A stretch of DNA of 64,000 nucleotides from positions 20,627-84,626 of the forward strand of contig CAWDJB010000002.1 of the NCBI GenBank assembly GCA_963802505.1, in the 5' to 3' direction. The translations under genes were made by a program, and so were the position numbers. Of this stretch, positions 36,404-45,654 are shown one piece after another. The notes beneath the pieces were generated by a model. That model saw only the letters and a list, made by a program, of their open reading frames with translations. It had not been told where the DNA came from and made no database searches. Position 1 is the stretch's first letter. Every line of letters starts with the position of its first letter. The DNA is from an uncultured Acidimicrobiales bacterium. Its GTDB lineage: Bacteria > Actinomycetota > Acidimicrobiia > Acidimicrobiales > DATKAS01.

Positions 36404-38160
36404 CAGAGCACCGTCACCGTTCCTGCCCGGCCATCGACCTCGATCATTGCGCCATCGGGGATGCGACGCGTCGCGTCGATGACGGACACGACGCACGGCA
36501 AGCCCAGCTCGCGGCTCACGATCACCGCGTGTGTGATCTGGGCACCGACGTCGACGACGACCGCAGCGGCGGGGACGAACAATGGCGTCCACGACGGATC
36601 GGTCAGCGGCGCGACGAGCACGTCGCCTGGCTCCAGCCCTCGAGGGTCGGACGGATCGAGCACGACACGCGCTCGGCCTCGAGCCACACCCGGACAGCCC
36701 GGGATGCCGGTGAGCACCTCTCCCGCGACCGCGTGATCAGCGCCGCTGGCCGCGGCGCGGTGCCGCCACTCCGAGATCGGGGGCGGCGCGCCGCGGGAGA
36801 CGAACGGCGGCTCGAGATCCCAGAGCTTCAGGTAGAACGCCTCGCGCTCCTTCGCGAGCGCGGTGAAGTCGGCCGGGCGCTCGACGAAGTCGTCGAGCTC
36901 GAGATCGACGAGCATGAAGATCTGCTCGATGTTCTGGAGATCGCCGCGTGCGACGGCCCGACGACCGAGCTCGCGCAGTGCGAGCCGCTGCTCGTGCACG
37001 AGCTTGATGTTGTTCGTCTTGGTTCGCTCGCGGCCCGCGTTGTAGAGATGCGCGCACCGCAAGCCGACCTCGAACGTGCCGGCCGCTTCCGCATCGCCAG
37101 CGACGACCTCGCGCACGAAGTCGGTGGCAGCTTCGCGTTCGGCGATGCGGAGCTCGGTGCGAACCTGCGGCGAGTCGTCGTCGGGAGCGAAGCGCATGCG
37201 ATCGATCGCCGCCAGCGGCACGTCCGGATCGATGCCCCACGTGCGGCTACGGAGCTCCCATTCGTTCGGGCCGCGCGCTCCGAATCGGTCGATGAAGCTG
37301 CCGAAGAGCTTCCAGAAGTCCTCGGCAGATGGGTTGCCTGACTCGGCGAGGTCGCGGAGACGGTGGTGGAGGCCGATCGACCCCGTGTCGAACGCCGCCG
37401 TGAGATCGGGCGAGCCCTTCACGATGCGAGACATATCCCACATCGACCAGCTCGGCGCGGCGGAGTCGACGTCGCCGAGCCCGGCCACGAGGGTCATGAT
37501 CAGCTCGGGCTGCTCGATCGCCGCGAGCACCCCGACGACGGTGCCGATGCCGATGCCCGACGCTCCCGAGACGAGGATGTGCCGGCAGAACAACCGGCGA
37601 TACAGCGGCAGGAAGCTGCGGGCGTAGTCGACGAGCTCTTGATCGGTGAGCTCGTCGAAGTCGGGCCGGCGGGCGATCAGACGGTCGACCTGATCGCGAT
37701 CGGCCCGCAGCTCGGGAAGGTCGTCTCGAGTGAACAGCTCGTCGAGGTACTCCTGGAGAAGCTGCGTGGCGAGCTCGTTCTCGTCGTCGGGACGCGCCTC
37801 GTCGGCGTACGGGGTGATGCCCGGCATGTCGCCGAAGTACTGGAAGTCGACGATCTCGGGCGAGAGACCAGGCGTGCGCAACCCGTAGATGCGCGTCATC
37901 GACATGTTGAGGTACAGGTAGCCACCGAAGACGCCGACTGTGTCGGGCCGATCCGGATCGAACTCGTCGTAGAAGAACGACCCTGCCTTCACGTATGCGT
38001 CGCGCCAGCCGAGGTCGCCTGCCGACGCGAGCCCCATCGTCGACGAGAGCGGGGAGACCGGGTCGGGCATGACCTCGCCCGCGTTCGCCCTTGTGTAGAT
38101 CGAGTACTTCTCGCTCGGAAGGGTGTCCGCGCTCCAGCGCTCTGTCACTCGCTCTGACAT
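36403..38160 (-). CDS. PEP-utilizing-enzyme swivel-domain protein, RPH / phenylphosphate synthase alpha-like, no ATP-grasp domain (paralog B)
   Basis: ATG at 38160 (MSERVTERWSAD...), 585 aa. YTRANAGEVMPDPVSPL, RGPNEWELRSRTW, GRERTKTN, and C-terminal LTDPSWTPLFV...VGAQITHAVIVSRELGLPCVV...GTVTVL. The track ORF start at 38745 is an artefact overlapping paralog A. Confidence 0.8.
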   Translation of the reverse strand: MSERVTERWSADTLPSEKYSIYTRANAGEVMPDPVSPLSSTMGLASAGDLGWRDAYVKAGSFFYDEFDPDRPDTVGVFGGYLYLNMSMTRIYGLRTPGLSPEIVDFQYFGDMPGITPYADEARPDDENELATQLLQEYLDELFTRDDLPELRADRDQVDRLIARRPDFDELTDQELVDYARSFLPLYRRLFCRHILVSGASGIGIGTVVGVLAAIEQPELIMTLVAGLGDVDSAAPSWSMWDMSRIVKGSPDLTAAFDTGSIGLHHRLRDLAESGNPSAEDFWKLFGSFIDRFGARGPNEWELRSRTWGIDPDVPLAAIDRMRFAPDDDSPQVRTELRIAEREAATDFVREVVAGDAEAAGTFEVGLRCAHLYNAGRERTKTNNIKLVHEQRLALRELGRRAVARGDLQNIEQIFMLVDLELDDFVERPADFTALAKEREAFYLKLWDLEPPFVSRGAPPPISEWRHRAAASGADHAVAGEVLTGIPGCPGVARGRARVVLDPSDPRGLEPGDVLVAPLTDPSWTPLFVPAAAVVVDVGAQITHAVIVSRELGLPCVVSVIDATRRIPDGAMIEVDGRAGTVTVL

Positions 38161-39887
38161 CAGAGGACCGTGACCGTTCCGGTCGAGCCGTCGACGCGCA
38201 CCCGCGCACCGTCGGGGATCGCCTTCGTCGCCCCAGTGACGGAGACGACGCACGGGATGCCGAGCTCGCGGCTCACGATGATGGCGTGGCTCTGCAGGGC
38301 ACCCACATCGACCACGACCGCAGACGCAGTCACGAAGAGCGGCGTCCACGACGGATCGGTGATCGGCGCAACGAGGACATCGCCCGGCTCGAGCGCCGTG
38401 GGATCGTGCGAGTCGAGGATCACGCGGGCGCGGCCCTCGGCGACACCGGGGCACCCGGACAAGCCGGTGAGCGAGTCGCCCGGCTCGAGCCGCCTCACCT
38501 GCACGGCGTCGCGGCGCGTCCACGCCGCGGGGAAGTCGGGTTCGCCGACGAACACGAACGGCGGGTCGAGCGCTTGCAGCTCGCGGTACTGCTCGCGACG
38601 AGCACGGATCGTGTTCGTGAACGCCGTCGGGTCGGCGAGGAAGTCGTCGAACTCGACCTTGCCCAGCATCCCGAAATCTTCGATCTCGTCGAATGCTCCG
38701 CGCTCGACCATTCGGCGGCCCAGCTCTCGCAGCGTCATCCGGCACTCGTGGAGCATCCGTATCGCGTTGGTCTTCGAGCGCTCACGTCCGGGCAAGAAGA
38801 CGCGCGCGGCGCGCACGGCCGCGACGAACTGCCCCTGTGTCGCGGGATCTCCGGCGAGCGCCTCGCTGAGCTGGGCCGTGAGCTCCTCTCGGTCGGTCGC
38901 CATGCGTGAGTTCTGCGTGAGGGGCGCGGCGCCGAGCGGCGAGAGGCGCATGCGGTCGACCGCCGCGAGCGCGAGGTCGGGTCGGGTCTCCCAGGTCGGA
39001 GAGCGCATCTCCCACTCGTTCGGGCCTCGCGACCCGTAGAGGTAGAGGAACTCGTCGATCATCTGGCAGAGCTTCACCGCGCTCTCGTCGGTCGACGCGC
39101 GCAGTCGATCGTGCAGCCCCTCGATGCCCTTGTCGAACTCGCCCATCAACGACGGCGATGCAGCGACCTCCCGGCCCATGTCCCACATCGCGACTGACGG
39201 CGCTGCCGAATCGACCTCGCCCAGCCCTCCGATCAAGCGCATCATCAGCGATGGGTCGCCGACTGCCGCGGCCATCGCCGTGAGGATCCCGACCGGCAGC
39301 GTCGCCATGTACGACATGAAGATGTGATGTGCGAAGAGGTCGCGGAAATGCGCGTCCATGAGTGTGAAGTAGCGGTCGGCGAGCTCTCGGTCGCTCATCG
39401 CGCCCAGGTCGGGCCGCTCGTCGCGCAGCCGCTTCGTCATGATCTGGTCGTCGATGAGCTCGGGAAGATCCTCGGTCGTGAGGGCCCACCCGAACGTCTG
39501 GCCGATCCTCTCGGTCTTGCCCAAGTCGACGTCGCCGGGCTGCTCCTCGTAGGGCGGGATGCCGGGCTGAGCGCCGAAGAACTGCTCGTCCATCGCCGCC
39601 GCAGACAGACCGGGCGCCCGTTCGCCGAACAGCCGGATCAGCGATGCGTTCAAGTAGCAGTAGCCACCCGTGATGCCGAGCTGCTCGATGTTGTCCGGAT
39701 CGAACTCTTCGTGATCGAAGGCGCCGACCCGCGCCCACGCGTCGCGCCAACCGAGCTCGGCGAGCCAGATGCCGGTGTCGCGTGTCAACGGCGTCACCGG
39801 GTCTGGAAACACCTCGCCGACATTTGCTCGCGTGTAGATGGGCCACTTCGTGCTGAGCTCGCTGTCGGCGATCCAGCGCTCGACCAT
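38160..39887 (-). CDS. PEP-utilizing-enzyme swivel-domain protein, RPH / phenylphosphate synthase alpha-like, no ATP-grasp domain (paralog A)
   Basis: 575 aa. YTRANVGEVFPDPVTPL, RGPNEWEMRSPTW, GRERSKTN, and C-terminal ITDPSWTPLFV...VGALQSHAIIVSRELGIPCVV...GTVTVL. Confidence 0.8.
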   Translation of the reverse strand: MVERWIADSELSTKWPIYTRANVGEVFPDPVTPLTRDTGIWLAELGWRDAWARVGAFDHEEFDPDNIEQLGITGGYCYLNASLIRLFGERAPGLSAAAMDEQFFGAQPGIPPYEEQPGDVDLGKTERIGQTFGWALTTEDLPELIDDQIMTKRLRDERPDLGAMSDRELADRYFTLMDAHFRDLFAHHIFMSYMATLPVGILTAMAAAVGDPSLMMRLIGGLGEVDSAAPSVAMWDMGREVAASPSLMGEFDKGIEGLHDRLRASTDESAVKLCQMIDEFLYLYGSRGPNEWEMRSPTWETRPDLALAAVDRMRLSPLGAAPLTQNSRMATDREELTAQLSEALAGDPATQGQFVAAVRAARVFLPGRERSKTNAIRMLHECRMTLRELGRRMVERGAFDEIEDFGMLGKVEFDDFLADPTAFTNTIRARREQYRELQALDPPFVFVGEPDFPAAWTRRDAVQVRRLEPGDSLTGLSGCPGVAEGRARVILDSHDPTALEPGDVLVAPITDPSWTPLFVTASAVVVDVGALQSHAIIVSRELGIPCVVSVTGATKAIPDGARVRVDGSTGTVTVL

Positions 39888-39899
39888 CGGTCGCTCCCC

Positions 39900-39909
39900 C
39901 TGACGTCAG
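39900..39909. promoter_or_regulatory. 10-bp perfect palindrome CTGACGTCAG, 13 bp upstream of paralog A start
   Basis: Read directly. Lies in the 78-bp divergent gap between paralog A and the ABC1/UbiB kinase gene. Confidence 0.25.
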
Positions 39910-39965
39910 CGTTTCACCGCCCCCGCGGCGCTTGCGCAGAGTAGTCGTCCCGGTTCGCGCCAACG

Positions 39966-41606
39966 ATGGGGGCTGCGAGACTGGACGACGTGAACGAGCC
40001 AGCAACACGGGCGGCCGCCGGCGAGAGCGGCCCGGCGGACCTCGCGTTCGGCGCGTTCAGCGACGACCCGCCGTGGGTGCTCGATCCCGACGACATCACG
40101 TGGCTCGCGGGGCTCGAGGCCGTGCGCGCGGCATGTCGAGGCGAGGTCCCCGAGCTCACCCGGCCGCGCCGGGTGCCGCCGGGATGGCGCGTCGCGCGGG
40201 TGACGGCACGCCTCGGACGGGCGGTCGGCGGGTGGGCGCTCTTCGAACGACGAAAAGGCGAGCACGTCTCGCGTGCCGGGATCTCGCGGCGCCTTCGCGT
40301 GGCCGCCACTGACCTCGGCTCGACCTACATCAAGCTCGGGCAGATCATCTCCGCCGGCGAGGGATTGTTTCCCGAAGAGCTCGTGAGCGAGTTCAAGCTC
40401 TGTCGAGACCGAGTGCCGGCGGAGAGCTTCGACAGGGTGCGTGCCGTGGTCGAACAAGATCTGCGCTGCCCGCTCGAAGAGGTGTTCGCGGAGTTCGAGC
40501 GCGTGCCGCTCGCGGCGGCCTCGATCGCGCAGGTGCACGCGGCCACGTTGCACACCGGCGAGCGCGTCGTCGTGAAGGTCCAGCGGCCACAGGTCGCGAA
40601 GCTCGTCCGCCAGGACCTGGCGGCGATGTCGTGGCTCGCCCCGCACCTGGTGGGCCGCATCCCGATCGCCGCGCTCGCCAACCCGCCCGCGCTCGTCGAG
40701 CTGTTCGCAGAGACCATCACCGAGGAGCTCGACTTCCGGCTCGAAGCCCAGAACATGCTCGACATCGCCCGCGTGCTGACCGAGCTCGGCCAGCGCGGCT
40801 ACGTCGTGCCGCGGCCGCATCCGAAGCTCGTCACGCGACGGGTGCTCGTGATGGAACGCCTGTCGGGCTTCGGGTTCGATGACGTCGAGAGCATGCAACG
40901 TGCCGGCATCGACACGACCGCCGTCATCCGCACCGGGATGGTCGCCTTCATGGAAGGGGCGCTGATCTACGGCATCTTCCACGGCGACCTGCATGCCGGG
41001 AACCTGTTCGTGCTCCCCGACGGCCGCACCGCGCTGCTCGACTTCGGCATCGTCGGTCGACTGAGCGAACCGCGTCGGCTCGCCTTCCTGCGGTTGATGA
41101 TGGGTGCGACGACGAACGACATCAAGGGTCAGCTCGCGGCGCTGCGCGATCTCGGCGCGCTCCCTGCCGACACCGACCTCGACGCGGTGATCCACGACCT
41201 GCGCCTCGACCAACCGCCGGTCGACCCGACGACCCTCTCCGGCGAAGAGCTGGTCCACGAGATCCAGCGCACGGTGAAGGCGCTCCTCGGCTACGGCGCG
41301 CGCATGCCGAAAGAGCTGATGCTCTACGTGAAGAACATGGTGTTCCTCGACGGCGCGATCGCCCGCCTCGCCCCCGACCTCGACCTCCTCGCCGAGATCA
41401 CGGCCATCTCTGCCTACTTCGCCACGCGTCACGGCGATCGCCTCGCGGCCGACATCGGCATCCACCCGATGGACGTGCCGATCGACCTCGAAGGAGTGAA
41501 GGCGTCGTTCGGTGTCGACGCCTCGACCGAGTCCCTGACCTACCGCGATCTGCAGCGGCGCCGCGAGCTGATCGGCAAGCGGCTCAGGAACCGGTCGTCT
41601 GAGTAG
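39966..41606 (+). CDS. ABC1/UbiB (AarF) atypical kinase family protein
   Basis: 546 aa. LGSTYIKLGQIISAGEGLFPEELVSEF, PLAAASIAQVHAA, VVVKVQRP, HGDLHAGNL. Confidence 0.85.
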   Translation: MGAARLDDVNEPATRAAAGESGPADLAFGAFSDDPPWVLDPDDITWLAGLEAVRAACRGEVPELTRPRRVPPGWRVARVTARLGRAVGGWALFERRKGEHVSRAGISRRLRVAATDLGSTYIKLGQIISAGEGLFPEELVSEFKLCRDRVPAESFDRVRAVVEQDLRCPLEEVFAEFERVPLAAASIAQVHAATLHTGERVVVKVQRPQVAKLVRQDLAAMSWLAPHLVGRIPIAALANPPALVELFAETITEELDFRLEAQNMLDIARVLTELGQRGYVVPRPHPKLVTRRVLVMERLSGFGFDDVESMQRAGIDTTAVIRTGMVAFMEGALIYGIFHGDLHAGNLFVLPDGRTALLDFGIVGRLSEPRRLAFLRLMMGATTNDIKGQLAALRDLGALPADTDLDAVIHDLRLDQPPVDPTTLSGEELVHEIQRTVKALLGYGARMPKELMLYVKNMVFLDGAIARLAPDLDLLAEITAISAYFATRHGDRLAADIGIHPMDVPIDLEGVKASFGVDASTESLTYRDLQRRRELIGKRLRNRSSE

Positions 41607-42261
41607 CGCCGGTCGTCGCCGGCGACTGAGCCGTCGTCACAGGCGCCGGGCTCGCCGCGGTGCCCGAGCCGCTCTCGGTCTGAGAACCACGCTTGCATCC
41701 CTTGGCTGCCGCGTCGGGGCCCGGCTCGATGTCGGCCGTGCGAGCGTACGCGAGCGAGGTCGCGGTCCATCCGCCCCCGACCTCCACCGCGTCGGTGACC
41801 TCGAGGCTGAAGTCGACAGTCGCGGTGTAGTCGACCGGCGTGTCCTCACCGTCGATGATGCACGAGACCGTGACCGGCGCCTCGACGTGCAACCTGAGCA
41901 GCGGACCCGTGCGCGACCACACCTCGGACGAAGTCCCGACACCCGACTCGCGGTTGACCTTGCAGTCGGGTGTGTCGACGTCGCAGCCCGTCGCGAGCAC
42001 ATAGCGACGAGTGACCGTGTCGCCCTGCTCGAGCCGCTCGTCGAGGGCAGGCGGGGCCTGCGTGTCGATCGTCAACGTGATCGCCCAATCACCGCTCACG
42101 CGAGCCTTCGCGAGGTCCTCAGCCGTCGGCGCGGGTGTCGTCGAGGCCGACGAGCTGTCGTCGCTGCACGCAGCGAGGCTCAGAGCCGCGCTGGCGGCAA
42201 CAACGACGAGGAGGGTGCCGGCGCGACGGCGCGCGACACGGCAGAAGGGACGAACGGGCAC
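41584..42261 (-). CDS. lipoprotein of unknown function
   Basis: 225 aa. Signal peptide with LAAC lipobox, Ser/Thr-rich linkers, several Cys pairs. Confidence 0.6.
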   Translation of the reverse strand: MPVRPFCRVARRRAGTLLVVVAASAALSLAACSDDSSSASTTPAPTAEDLAKARVSGDWAITLTIDTQAPPALDERLEQGDTVTRRYVLATGCDVDTPDCKVNRESGVGTSSEVWSRTGPLLRLHVEAPVTVSCIIDGEDTPVDYTATVDFSLEVTDAVEVGGGWTATSLAYARTADIEPGPDAAAKGCKRGSQTESGSGTAASPAPVTTAQSPATTGATQTTGS

Positions 42262-42324
42262 TGCGAGAGCATGCTGGAGCGACGGTGCCGAGTCCAGCCG
42301 CCTCGGGCGGCTAGGTGTACTCGG

Positions 42325-43044
42325 CTAGGGCTGGGTGCCGTCGCGCTCGATGGTGAGCGCTACGCCGATGTCGACCGGCGCCTCGTCGGCGGGGGTCGTC
42401 TGCGCAGGTTGTGGCGCATCGTGATGCGCGGCGCGCACGTTCACCACGGGCACGGCCGCCAGCACGCCGAGCGCGAGCGCGGCAACGCGAGTCGGAGTGC
42501 GCCGGCGCACGAGGCGACGACGGATGTCGGCGGCGCTCCGCTCCGAGATGCCGGCCAACGACACGAGCAGGCTCTCGAGCTGTCGGTCGGTGACGTCGAG
42601 CGCGATCGCCAAGACCTCGAGGTCGTCCAGGCGGAGCGTCACCGGCGCCTCGGGGCCGAGCCCGCGCTCGAATCGCACCATCGAGAGGTAACAGCGGAGG
42701 ACGCCTTCGTTACCGAGGACCTCGGGGTCGATGCGGACCTCTTGGTCGCCCACGACGAGACGACCGTGCATCGGATCGAACCACAGCGGCTTCCGCGGAG
42801 GGACGAGGACCTCGGGCGTCAAACCCAACGCCTTCGCGATCGCCTCGACCGGCACGTCGGTGGGCACCCTGTCCGTGCGCTCCCAAGCCCGCACACGCGA
42901 CGTGTCGACGCCCACTGCGCGTGCGAGGTCACGCCGGCTCAGGCCGGCGTCGAGGCGAGCCTCCATGAGCAACCGACCGACCTTCGGCCGCACCCGCTGC
43001 GGAGCCGAGTTCCAGGGCCGAGGTTCGGACATCACCTGACCCAA
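42325..43044 (-). CDS. XRE-family HTH protein with C-terminal membrane anchor
   Basis: LLMEARLDAGLSRRDLARAVGVDTSRVRAWE (HTH_XRE), a middle domain, then one TM helix (VAALALGVLAAVPVV). The start could be the ATG at 43032. Confidence 0.7.
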   Translation of the reverse strand: MGQVMSEPRPWNSAPQRVRPKVGRLLMEARLDAGLSRRDLARAVGVDTSRVRAWERTDRVPTDVPVEAIAKALGLTPEVLVPPRKPLWFDPMHGRLVVGDQEVRIDPEVLGNEGVLRCYLSMVRFERGLGPEAPVTLRLDDLEVLAIALDVTDRQLESLLVSLAGISERSAADIRRRLVRRRTPTRVAALALGVLAAVPVVNVRAAHHDAPQPAQTTPADEAPVDIGVALTIERDGTQP

Positions 43045-43059
43045 TCGGCCCCGCCTGCA

Positions 43060-43075
43060 GCGAACTGAGGTTCGC
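43060..43075. promoter_or_regulatory. inverted repeat GCGAAC-TGAG-GTTCGC in the XRE / nucS divergent gap
   Basis: Read directly. The gap is only 44 bp, so the repeat must overlap both promoters or leaders. Confidence 0.25.
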
Positions 43076-43088
43076 GTAACGTCGTTTC

Positions 43089-43763
43089 GTGCGATTGGTG
43101 ATCGCCCGATGCTCGGTCGACTACGAGGGACGCCTCAGCGCCCGGCTGCCGATCGCCACCCGCCTGGTGATGGTGAAGGCCGACGGCTGCGTCGCGATCC
43201 ACGCTGACGGCGGCGCGTACAAGCCCCTGAACTGGATGATCGCGCCCAACGTGCTGGTCGAGGCAACCTCGGACGATGGGGTGACCACGTGGTCGGTGAC
43301 CAATGCAAAGGGCGAGCGGTTGGTGATCCGGTTCGAGGAGGTGCTGTCCGACACCGCCCATGAGCTCGGCTCGGACCCGGGCCTCGAGAAGGACGGCGTC
43401 GAGGCCGAGCTGCAGGCACTGCTCGCCGCTCGGCCCGACGCGATCGCAGAGGATCTCGTGCTGGTGCGGCGCGAGTACCCGACCGACATCGGCCCGATCG
43501 ACCTCGTGTGTCGCGATCGTGAGGGCGCGACTGTGGCCGTGGAGGTCAAGCGCCGAGGCGAGATCGACGGCGTCGAGCAGCTGACGCGCTACATCGCCCG
43601 GCTCGAGCGTGATCCGGCGTTGCGCCCGGTCAAAGGCGTGTTCGTGGCACAGTCGATCACGCCGCAAGCGCGCGTGCTCGCCAGCGACCGCGGGTTTCGA
43701 TGCGTCGAGATCGACTACGACGTGCTGCGCGGGATGCGGCCGGAGGACCTCAAGCTCTTCTGA
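43089..43763 (+). CDS. nucS: endonuclease NucS (EndoMS mismatch endonuclease)
   Basis: 224 aa, [16 protein letters not shown]...YKPLNWM...[30 protein letters not shown]. Matches NucS over its full length. Confidence 0.95.
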   Translation: MRLVIARCSVDYEGRLSARLPIATRLVMVKADGCVAIHADGGAYKPLNWMIAPNVLVEATSDDGVTTWSVTNAKGERLVIRFEEVLSDTAHELGSDPGLEKDGVEAELQALLAARPDAIAEDLVLVRREYPTDIGPIDLVCRDREGATVAVEVKRRGEIDGVEQLTRYIARLERDPALRPVKGVFVAQSITPQARVLASDRGFRCVEIDYDVLRGMRPEDLKLF

Positions 43764-43769
43764 CGCGCG

Positions 43770-44627
43770 TCAGCTGAAGGTGCACGCGCCCTGGTCGATG
43801 ACGACGAGATCCTGCGCACCGCCGTAGCCACTGCGCTTCGTCACGTACACCGCGTGTCCGTCGCCGTCGACCCAGATGTCGACCGTGAGGCTGTCACCGG
43901 GGAACACCGGCGAAGAGAACCGACCCTCCATCGCCGTGAACCGCGTGGGATCACCGCCACACAACGAGTGCAGCAGCGCCCGACCCGTGAAGCCGTACGT
44001 GCAGAGACCGTGGAGGATCGGCGTGTCGAAGCCGCCCATCGCCGCGAACGAGGGATCGGAGTGCAGAGGGTTGCGATCACCCGACAGCCGGTAGACCAAC
44101 GCCTGATCGGGCGACGTCTGGTAGGTGACGCTGTGATCGGGCGCGCGCTCGGGCGGAACGTTGACCGCGCCCCCAGGGCCACGATCGCCGCCCCAACCGC
44201 CTTCGCCGCGGATGAACGCCGACATGCGCGTCGTCATCATGGGCTCGCCCGTCTTCGCGTCGACGGACTTCGCCTCGCTCACGACGAGCGCGGCCTTGCC
44301 CTTGTCGTAGATGCCGGTGATCTTGCTCGTGGTGCGGATCGTGCCCTCGGGCGGGATCGGCTGGTGCAGCTCGATCGCCTCTTGGCCGTGGACGAGCATC
44401 GCGGGGTTGAACGTGCCGATGCTTCCGAACGCCCCACCGCCCATCCCCACGATCACCGCGAACGTCGGGAGCACCTGCTGAGGAACGCCGGAGGTGTTCT
44501 CAGTGGTGAACGCGAGCTCATCGACGCCCGCTCCCACGCCCACGGCGTAGAGCAACGCGTCCTTCGACGTCCATGACGTCTCGTTCGGCTCGGACTCGGT
44601 TCCGACAGCGTCGGGGTTGATCGGCAT
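43770..44627 (-). CDS. MaoC-family double-hotdog (R)-specific enoyl-CoA hydratase
   Basis: 285 aa. YRLSGDRNPLHSDP hydratase-2 motif in the C-terminal hotdog. Confidence 0.85.
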   Translation of the reverse strand: MPINPDAVGTESEPNETSWTSKDALLYAVGVGAGVDELAFTTENTSGVPQQVLPTFAVIVGMGGGAFGSIGTFNPAMLVHGQEAIELHQPIPPEGTIRTTSKITGIYDKGKAALVVSEAKSVDAKTGEPMMTTRMSAFIRGEGGWGGDRGPGGAVNVPPERAPDHSVTYQTSPDQALVYRLSGDRNPLHSDPSFAAMGGFDTPILHGLCTYGFTGRALLHSLCGGDPTRFTAMEGRFSSPVFPGDSLTVDIWVDGDGHAVYVTKRSGYGGAQDLVVIDQGACTFS

Positions 44628-44660
44628 CGCGCAATCGCTCCTGTCTCGGTTTTCGCGTTC

Positions 44661-45566
44661 TCAGCTGTTGGCGTCTTCGCCGTCCATGCCCGCGTTGGGC
44701 CGGGCCTTGGCGAGCAGGTCCGCCACGACCGGTCCCATGCGGACCGGATCGTCGACCGGCTCGACGCGCGGACCGCGGTGCCAGCCCTCGGCGATCGCGA
44801 GCACTCGACCCGACGCTTCGAACACGCGCCCGGTGACGCCGGCGGACTGATCGCTCGCGAGCCATGTGACGATCGGAGCGATCCATCGCGGCGACATCTG
44901 CTCACGGTCTTCGTCGCTCCCCTGGCCCATGCCGAGGCCCTGCGTCATGCGAGTCAGCGCGCCGGGCGCGACCGCATTGACGGTGACGCCGTAGCGGCCG
45001 AGCTCGCGCGACGCGATGATCGTGAATGCGGCGATGCCCATCTTTGCGGCGCCGTAGTTGGTCTGCCCGGGGTTGCCGTAGATGCCCGACACCGATGTCG
45101 TGTTGATGATCCGAGCGTCGTTCGCCTCACCCGACTTCGCACGATCACGCCAGTAGGCAGCCGCCCACCGCGACGGAGCGAACGTGCCGCGAAGGTGGAC
45201 GTTGATGACCGAGTCCCACTCCTCGGCCGTCATGTTCACGAGCATGCGGTCGCGAAAGATGCCGGCGTTGTTGATCAACACGTCGAGGCGCCCGAACGAC
45301 TCGACCGCGGTGTTGATGAGGCGCTGGGCCCCTTCCCAGTCGGCGACGCTGTCGCCGTTGGCCACGGCCTCGCCGCCCATCGCCTTGATCTCGTCGACGA
45401 CGTCCTGCGCCGGGCCGGTCGACTGACCCGTGCCGTCCATCTCGCCGCCGAGGTCGTTCACCACGAGCTTGGCCCCGTGCGACGCCAGCATCAGGGCGTG
45501 CTCGCGGCCGATGCCTCGGCCCGCACCGGTCACGATCGCGACTCGTCCCTCACACAGCCCGGGCAT
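44661..45566 (-). CDS. SDR-family dehydrogenase, MFE-2 / 3-hydroxyacyl-CoA dehydrogenase type
   Basis: 301 aa. VTGAGRGIGRE, NNAG, S...YGAAK catalytic set. Confidence 0.85.
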   Translation of the reverse strand: MPGLCEGRVAIVTGAGRGIGREHALMLASHGAKLVVNDLGGEMDGTGQSTGPAQDVVDEIKAMGGEAVANGDSVADWEGAQRLINTAVESFGRLDVLINNAGIFRDRMLVNMTAEEWDSVINVHLRGTFAPSRWAAAYWRDRAKSGEANDARIINTTSVSGIYGNPGQTNYGAAKMGIAAFTIIASRELGRYGVTVNAVAPGALTRMTQGLGMGQGSDEDREQMSPRWIAPIVTWLASDQSAGVTGRVFEASGRVLAIAEGWHRGPRVEPVDDPVRMGPVVADLLAKARPNAGMDGEDANS

Positions 45567-45654
45567 TGGTGTCCCCCTTGTCGATTCGGTGCTCGCTACC
45601 GCTGTCGGCCATGTCTAGCGGGCGACGGCGATCGCGTTCCAAGCCATCCAGTTT

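Noticed and set aside
33998-36736. 912-aa plus-strand ORF as a single giant protein
   Set aside because: Only residues from about 34268 to 35170 look like a real protein (AbiEi_4/DUF559). The remainder is antisense to a well-supported CoA-transferase and has artefact composition. It is treated as a lost or shifted stop.
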